Assembly: GCA_036172245.1 (NCBI GenBank)
Contig: JAYWIR010000033.1
Span: forward strand, 620,001-684,000
Direction of reading: 5' to 3'
Length of the DNA: 64,000 nucleotides
Source of the DNA: Raillietiella orientalis
Lineage: Eukaryota
The translations under genes were made by a program, and so were the position numbers. The notes beneath the pieces are model-generated. The model had not been told where the DNA came from, ran no database searches, and saw nothing but the letters and a program-made list of their open reading frames with translations. Below are positions 58,094-64,000 of the stretch, piece after piece; the stretch's first letter is position 1; every line of letters starts with the position of its first letter.

Positions 58094-61000
58094 TTTCCAC
58101 CCGGGTACGCCCGGGGCGCTTATTGTATAAAACTCTACAAGAAAACGTGCTACAAGGCCTTACCAACGGCCACACAACATTGGACCTGCCGGGACGCCGG
58201 GACGTATCCCAGCGTGACGCTCCTAGACAGTGGAGGGGGATGGGGATTAAAACAAAATAAAAAATAAAAATAAAGGAAAACAAAAATAGTTTGGAGGGAG
58301 GGGAAGGGATCACGTTCCACTTAGAGGAGGGTCCATCCTTCGCAGGATGCTCTCTAGGACCATCTTCATGTTTCCCAGATGGAGCCATCTCGCTGCTCTC
58401 CGCATGAAGCAGACCGCATACGGGATGACATCCCTCACGTTGGCATCCACTCCTTTGTCGCGAATGTTGCTCCATGCCGCCACGATGCCCCGGATGCAGC
58501 AGAGGGCTGCGAGGGCTGCGGCGGGCAGCAAGGCGTCTTGCACGAACAGGGGCCGAAGAACGTCTCTGGGCGCGCTGCCCATTGGGAGGCCGAAGGTCGT
58601 CCCGAACCGTTCCCACAGGGGTCGGAGGGCAGCACAGTCAACTAGTAGGTGGGGGAGCGATTCCCGCTCCCCACACCTGGCACACTCAGGCCTTACACTC
58701 CCACGCGTCCAGTGGAAGCGGCGCGCGTTGCAGGGTAGACCCCAGTGCAAAAGCAGGAGCGCCGACTCTTGCCACTTCAGGGGGAGAAGCCTGGATCCTA
58801 TCAGTATTGGGGGCCACTTCAGGTCATCCGTCGGGATGCCGAGCAGCTCGCCCCATCGACGAAGTTTATGAGGGAGGGCACTCAGGGTGGTGGCATCTGC
58901 CAGTTCTCCCATGGTCCAACCGCTCATCTTCTTCTCCTTGCCTGCGATTCGGCAGGAGACTTGCCACTTTGGCTTGCGTCCGCTGGCTAAAGCCCTTCGT
59001 TGGAAGGGAAGGGTCGAAGCTAGGGGGGTAGTCTCCGCCCACGTGCTCCTGGCGGGACACTCCAGAGTAGTCTGCAGTGTGCAGCGGGCGTTGGGGCCAA
59101 ATCGCAGGCGGTTCCAGTCCGGGGAAGTCTGGAGGTTCAGCTTAGCATACGTCGCAACTGTTTCCTCCAGCCAGGCGGAGCAGTTGGCGGGGCTGCATAC
59201 CGTCCAGCGGTTGTCTCTCACCAGGGCTTCCATGCGCCCACGAAGAAGGCCGCATCTTCTCACCTTCCTGCCAGAACACAGAAGGTACAACGCGAGTCCT
59301 TGCGTCCTGGACTCACGGCTGGCGAGGATTCGGGTCGGAACGCACCAAGGGGTGCTCCATGACTTTGCTGCCATGGCGAGGGTGCGCCATCGCAGCTGTA
59401 TGTCCAGGCGCTACAGCGTCAGGAGGCCGAGACCGCCGTCCCAACGAGGAGCGCATAAGTCATCTAGAGGCACACGTGGCCTTCCGCTGCCCCAGAGGGC
59501 GATGCGGAGTAGGTCCTTGGTCCTCTTTTTAATGTCACGAGGGACGGGGCAAACAAAAAGCAGAAGGCGGAGGATGGGAGCCGCGAACGCGTTCCACACC
59601 GCGGCCCGTTCCGGCAGAAGGAACTTGCCTACCAGGAACGAACCGATTGACAACTCTACCTTTTGGAGACGAACTGACTAGGCTTCTGCGAGGCAGAAGT
59701 CCCCCAACGGGACACCCTGGTACTTCAGGTACCTGTCCGCGGGGATCCCCAAGCGGATCCAGTCAGGCCGTCCGACCCACGTCGCACCCACCGGAACGTC
59801 CGACGACTTCGCCTTGTTTACCCGAAGTCCAGTCCCACGACTTAGCAGGTCGAAGAAATCCTCGACTGCGGCTGCCGGGGCGGACATGGGCAACATGAGC
59901 AGAAGGTCGTCAACGTATGCTTCTACGGCGGGCGTGCCGGGGCGCGAGCTGGGCAGGGCAGCAAAAGTCACCGTGTGCGCTCTCAGCACCAACTCAAAGT
60001 AGGTGCTAAATAGCAGGGGAATGAGGCTATCGCCCTGCCGTATGCCCCGCCGCACCGGCACGCCGTACACCTGTTGGCTGGAAAAACAGATGTTAAGGAT
60101 GGCGTTGCGCCAGCAGGAGCGCAGGAAGGAGAGAAGGGAGGGTGGGAAGCCCATGCGACCCAGGAGCTCCAAAAGTAGCTCCTGGTCAACGCAGTCGAAC
60201 GCCTTATGGAGATCGACCGCGATCGCTAGGGCTCCCTTCCCAGCCCGGGTGTTCATTTCCAGCCCAGCTGGCGGCCCCAAAGTGGGGTTGCCAATCTTTC
60301 CGCCAGTTTTATTTAAACAGCGCTGCACATGGAAACATGTGCTCGCGAAGAACAGGTTTGCATCCATACTTCGCCCTGAAACAGGGTATGTGTTCTCCGG
60401 GTTAACTATGGAGTCTGCCACCTGTCCTAAACGCGAAGTCCACAGTCCTGCGACCAGCTTAACGTTCGTATTCACAATTGTGATCGGACGCCAATTGCCT
60501 AGGGATCTCAGGTCTCCTTTCTTCGGGCGGAGCCTCACACGGGCTGACCGAAACCAGGCGGGAACGTCGCCTTCGTCTCGGATCAGCCCGGTCAACTGGA
60601 GCACCAGGGGGGACAGCTATGTCGCGAAGCATGGAAAAAATTCCGCAGGCAGGCCGTCCTGCCCTGGCGCCTTACGCCTCTTGAGCCTTTTAATACCGGC
60701 GAGAATTTCACCGGTAGCAAAAGGCTCGTCGAGGCTGATCCTCTCCTCCTCCCCTATTGCCTGGCCTCCGTCCGAAAGCAGGAGCCGCGAGGCGTACCGC
60801 TCTGGGGGTGCCCTAGCGTAGAGGGAGGTATAATAATCCCGCACGAGGTGCCTGATCGCGGGTGGGGCCGTTCGCTCCCGGCCATGGTCGTCCAGCAAGC
60901 TGACCGACCCGGATTGCCAGGCTTGGCGCTCGGCCCTGCCTCGATATTCGGCCAAGCGACGGACATTGCGGGTCCTCTCGTACCGGCGGGCCTGTAAATA

Positions 61001-63765
61001 GGCCCTATGGTTCCGAGCCCCCTTCTCAAATCCAAGGGGCAGGCGGTGCATGGGGAACTCCTCGCAGAACTCGCGGACCGAGGCCTTAAAGAGGTCCCAA
61101 TCTTTGAGACTGCGGAGGGTGACGCCTCTCAGGAATTCGCAAAGGTGTTCCTTCGCATTTGAGAGCCGCGTCCGGTCCTCAGGCAACCGCCACGCCCTGG
61201 CCGGAGGTCCTTTATCGCGCGGGCATACCTCGGCGATTAACCTGGAATGGTCCGACAGCGTCGACACAACTTTTCCCCGTTTGCCGACCCGCGAGCACAG
61301 GTCGACGTCCAGGAAGAAGTGGTCGATGCTGCGGTCCATTCCCTCCGCGTCCGCCAACAAGTTGCGCGTGCGCATGGCAGCGCACAACTCGTTGGCCGTG
61401 CGTTCTTGTGCTTCGGGCTCACCTGAATGCAGACGGAGATTAAAGTCCCCAGCTATCAGGTGTCCCTTCCGCACGTTCGTATCGGCCAGCCAGTCGCGGT
61501 TCAGGGTTTCCAGCAAGCTGGTACGGTCGCTGTATCCCCCATTCCCGCTTGGGGCGTACACGTTCGTGACGATCAATTCGATCGAGTCGGACCAGCTGAG
61601 AGTCAGCTGACCGACCCGACCGTCGTCATCGAAGCTTATGCCCTTCACGGCAGCGTCGATGGCCGGCTTCACGAAAAACGCGACACCACAGGTGTTGCGG
61701 GCGCCGCACCGCCAATACAGTCGACCCCCCGCGATCGTCTTCATCTCCTGGACGACTTCCGAGGTGATCACGTAAATCTCCTGCACCAGGGCCAGGTCGA
61801 TCTCACGCAGGGTGTCGGCCGTATCTCCTCTGTGGCCGTCGTCGCGCAGCCCGTTGACGTTTCAACTGGCCACGCGGATTCGACGGCGACAGGCGAGCCC
61901 AGGTTTTATTCCTGGGAAATCTGCTCTGCGGCGTCCGCCACATGTTGGAACGGGTCGCTAGTTGGGGCAGGAGGGACAGGTGCCTCGAGCACCTAATCCC
62001 CCTTCCCCATCGGTGACGGCGCGTCGGGCGGTTCACCCTCCGGTGGGGTCGCGCATACCTGTTGGCCCTCCTCCATACGGGTGGGCTGTACAGGGTCCGC
62101 GCCGGCAAGGTGGACCTAGCCCCCCTTCTCACCCTTCTCCATGGGGGTGGCCTGCTCGACGACTTCCGCGCGTGAGATTTCCCCCTCCGGGGTTCCCACG
62201 CTGCCGTCGGCTTCCTGCTTCTCCTCCTCGCTCGTAAAGGGGAGGCGCCTCCTCGGCTTTTGGGACTTGCGTCCCGTCTTCCGGGAGGGTTCCTCCGACG
62301 AGGAGGATGCACTTCCGGTTCCCGGGTCGCACTCAATTGCGGGGGCCTTCTTCGGCGGAGCCGGCCTTCGAAAGGCCTTGCGTGAGGGGTTCTCACGCTC
62401 GGCCAGCGTGGCCGCGAGCTCCTCCGCCGCCTGCGCGAAGGCGGCGTCCTCGCTTTCGGCGCGCGCTTCGAGCGGCTCACCCTCTGTGCAAACAGAGGGT
62501 TCGTCGTCGCGAACCTCGGGCGCGGCGGAAACGGCAAGGGGAGGCTCGTCGCCCCGGGTGGCAGCCTCGGGGACGACAATCCTTTCGAGTGCCACCGTGC
62601 ACTCGCGAAGAGGTTTCGAGCGCGGACCGGGTTTATTCGGTTTCGCGCTCTTATTTCTCTTCGCTCTCGCGGGTTCCACGGGGGGAACTTTTTTTTCTTT
62701 TTTGGCCTTTACCAGCTTCCATCCGTCTTCCTCTCCCGCGTCTTCAGCGGGTTTTTCCTCCGATGCCTGGGTGGGAGGAACAGGAGATGGCGACTGGGGC
62801 CGGCCAGTTTCGCGATAAGGTCTTTCGACCTTTTTTCTTTTTTAAGTTTGCGCCTTTTTGGCAGCAGGTGGCACCGGGGTGGGGCGTTTGGGGCACACAC
62901 GACGAACGTGTCCCTTCACTCCGCACAAGTGGCACTCTATATTCGGGCACCGCTTGCGCAAGTGCCCTACTGCATCGCAGTAGCCACAATAGCGGGGTTT
63001 CCCCACGTACCAGAGGTCGACGGATTCCTTTAGTTTGTGGGACAAGCCACTGCCCTCATTAACCGTTACACGCGCTGCGGCCTGGCCTCCGAAATGGCTA
63101 TTAAAGCCTTCGAAAATGGTAGGCTTTGGCCACAACGCGTATATCTCACCGTATTTACTGAGTTCATTACTCACCGCAGATCGCGTCATGCGGTTCGTAA
63201 TGCCGGTTAGATGGACCACTACGGAGCGGTCCATGCTAACCGGAAGGATCTTCCGGCCATCCACATTCAGCGGGGTGTTAATGAGGCGCTGTGCTTAGGC
63301 TACATCTTTGCAGACGACCTGCACGCGCTGCCCCCCGCTGAGTACGGAGTGACCGTCAAGATCCTCCTCGCGTACAGGGAAATCCTGCAGTGCCCTACTA
63401 AAAGCCCGAGTGGTGCGACCATCAAACAGGGGTCCTACTTTATAAACCAGAGATGGTTTATATCTGGAGGCCCTGTAGGCCGCTTGCTCTGCCAAGGTTT
63501 CCGCGCTCGGTGCGGAAACCATGGCGCTCCACGTCCTTGGCGTTGCCGGGGATGATTCCGGGGCGAACGCCCCTGATTCTGCAGGCTGTGGGGGTGGGCA
63601 AGCCTCCCCCACACCTACCTCCATCGTGGTGTCCTCAAGCATCGTTGCCATCGGACACCAACGATGTTCCACACGAACACACACAAAGAAAAAAGCCGCT
63701 TCCTGTCGACTCGCTCGGGAGCTCAGGAAAAACACGTCCGCTCGCCAAGTGAGTTGGGGAGGGGC
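58094..63765 (-). mobile_element. Tx1-like element 6, near full length, close paralog of element 5, head-to-tail with it
   Basis: ORFs 63295..63996, 62842..63264, 60617..61786, 59678..60604, 58310..59374; AATAAG plus hairpin at 58098-58124. Confidence 0.93.
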
Positions 63766-64000
63766 CGCGTAACGAAAGGTGCTATCTTCAGGCCTGACGT
63801 TACGCGAGAACCCCCGACATGCGCAGGTTAGCAGAGTATCGAGCGGGAGCCGAGAGGCAATCCTAGGAATCCGGGTCGGACAGCTTGCTGGACGACCAGG
63901 GCCTGGAGCACTCGGTTCCCGCTCAGAAACGCGGGATAGTGAGGAAATTTTACTCCTTTCAGTACGCCAGGGCGCCTCCGGAGCAGGCTGTCTCACGACT

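Noticed and set aside
40403..63062. Many long antisense or alternate-frame ORFs (e.g. 40403..41347, 50263..51636, 60003..60821)
   Set aside because: Overlap GC-rich retroelement ORFs and lack independent motifs.
39443..63765. Telomeric HeT-A/TART-like array
   Set aside because: A TSD brackets one tandem pair, orientation flips at ~52423, and no telomeric repeats are seen.
1..64000. CRISPR arrays, tRNA genes or prokaryotic operons
   Set aside because: No repeat-spacer arrays or cloverleafs noticed; content is eukaryotic.

Overview
Eukaryotic (metazoan, probably arthropod-type 28S) repeat-dense DNA with no recognisable host protein gene; almost every base belongs to a fused retroelement, rDNA or virus fragment. 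1-37 kb: many degenerate restriction-like-endonuclease (RLE) non-LTR retrotransposons of NeSL/Utopia type (N-terminal zinc-finger modules, RT, CCHC, PD-D nuclease), interleaved with 28S rDNA pseudogene pieces, two CRESS-DNA-virus Rep remnants and a negative-strand RNA virus (qinvirus-like) nucleoprotein remnant. 37-64 kb: nested and tandem L1/Tx1-clade elements (ORF1 with two CCHC knuckles, ORF2 APE-RT-CCHC), one with both ORFs open. Most notable system: an RLE family that sits ANTISENSE in 28S rDNA at a fixed site about 15 nt upstream of the R2 nick, with about 28 nt of target (including the R2 site) missing. It appears to build a Pol II core promoter from an antisense-28S Inr (CATTC) plus an element-encoded DPE (GGACG) at exactly +28 in four copies. 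The same GGACGTGT-N7-RAGCTCC module starts the unrelated Tx1-like elements. All family assignments come from motifs recognised by eye; no database searches were run, and boundaries of degenerate fragments are approximate.
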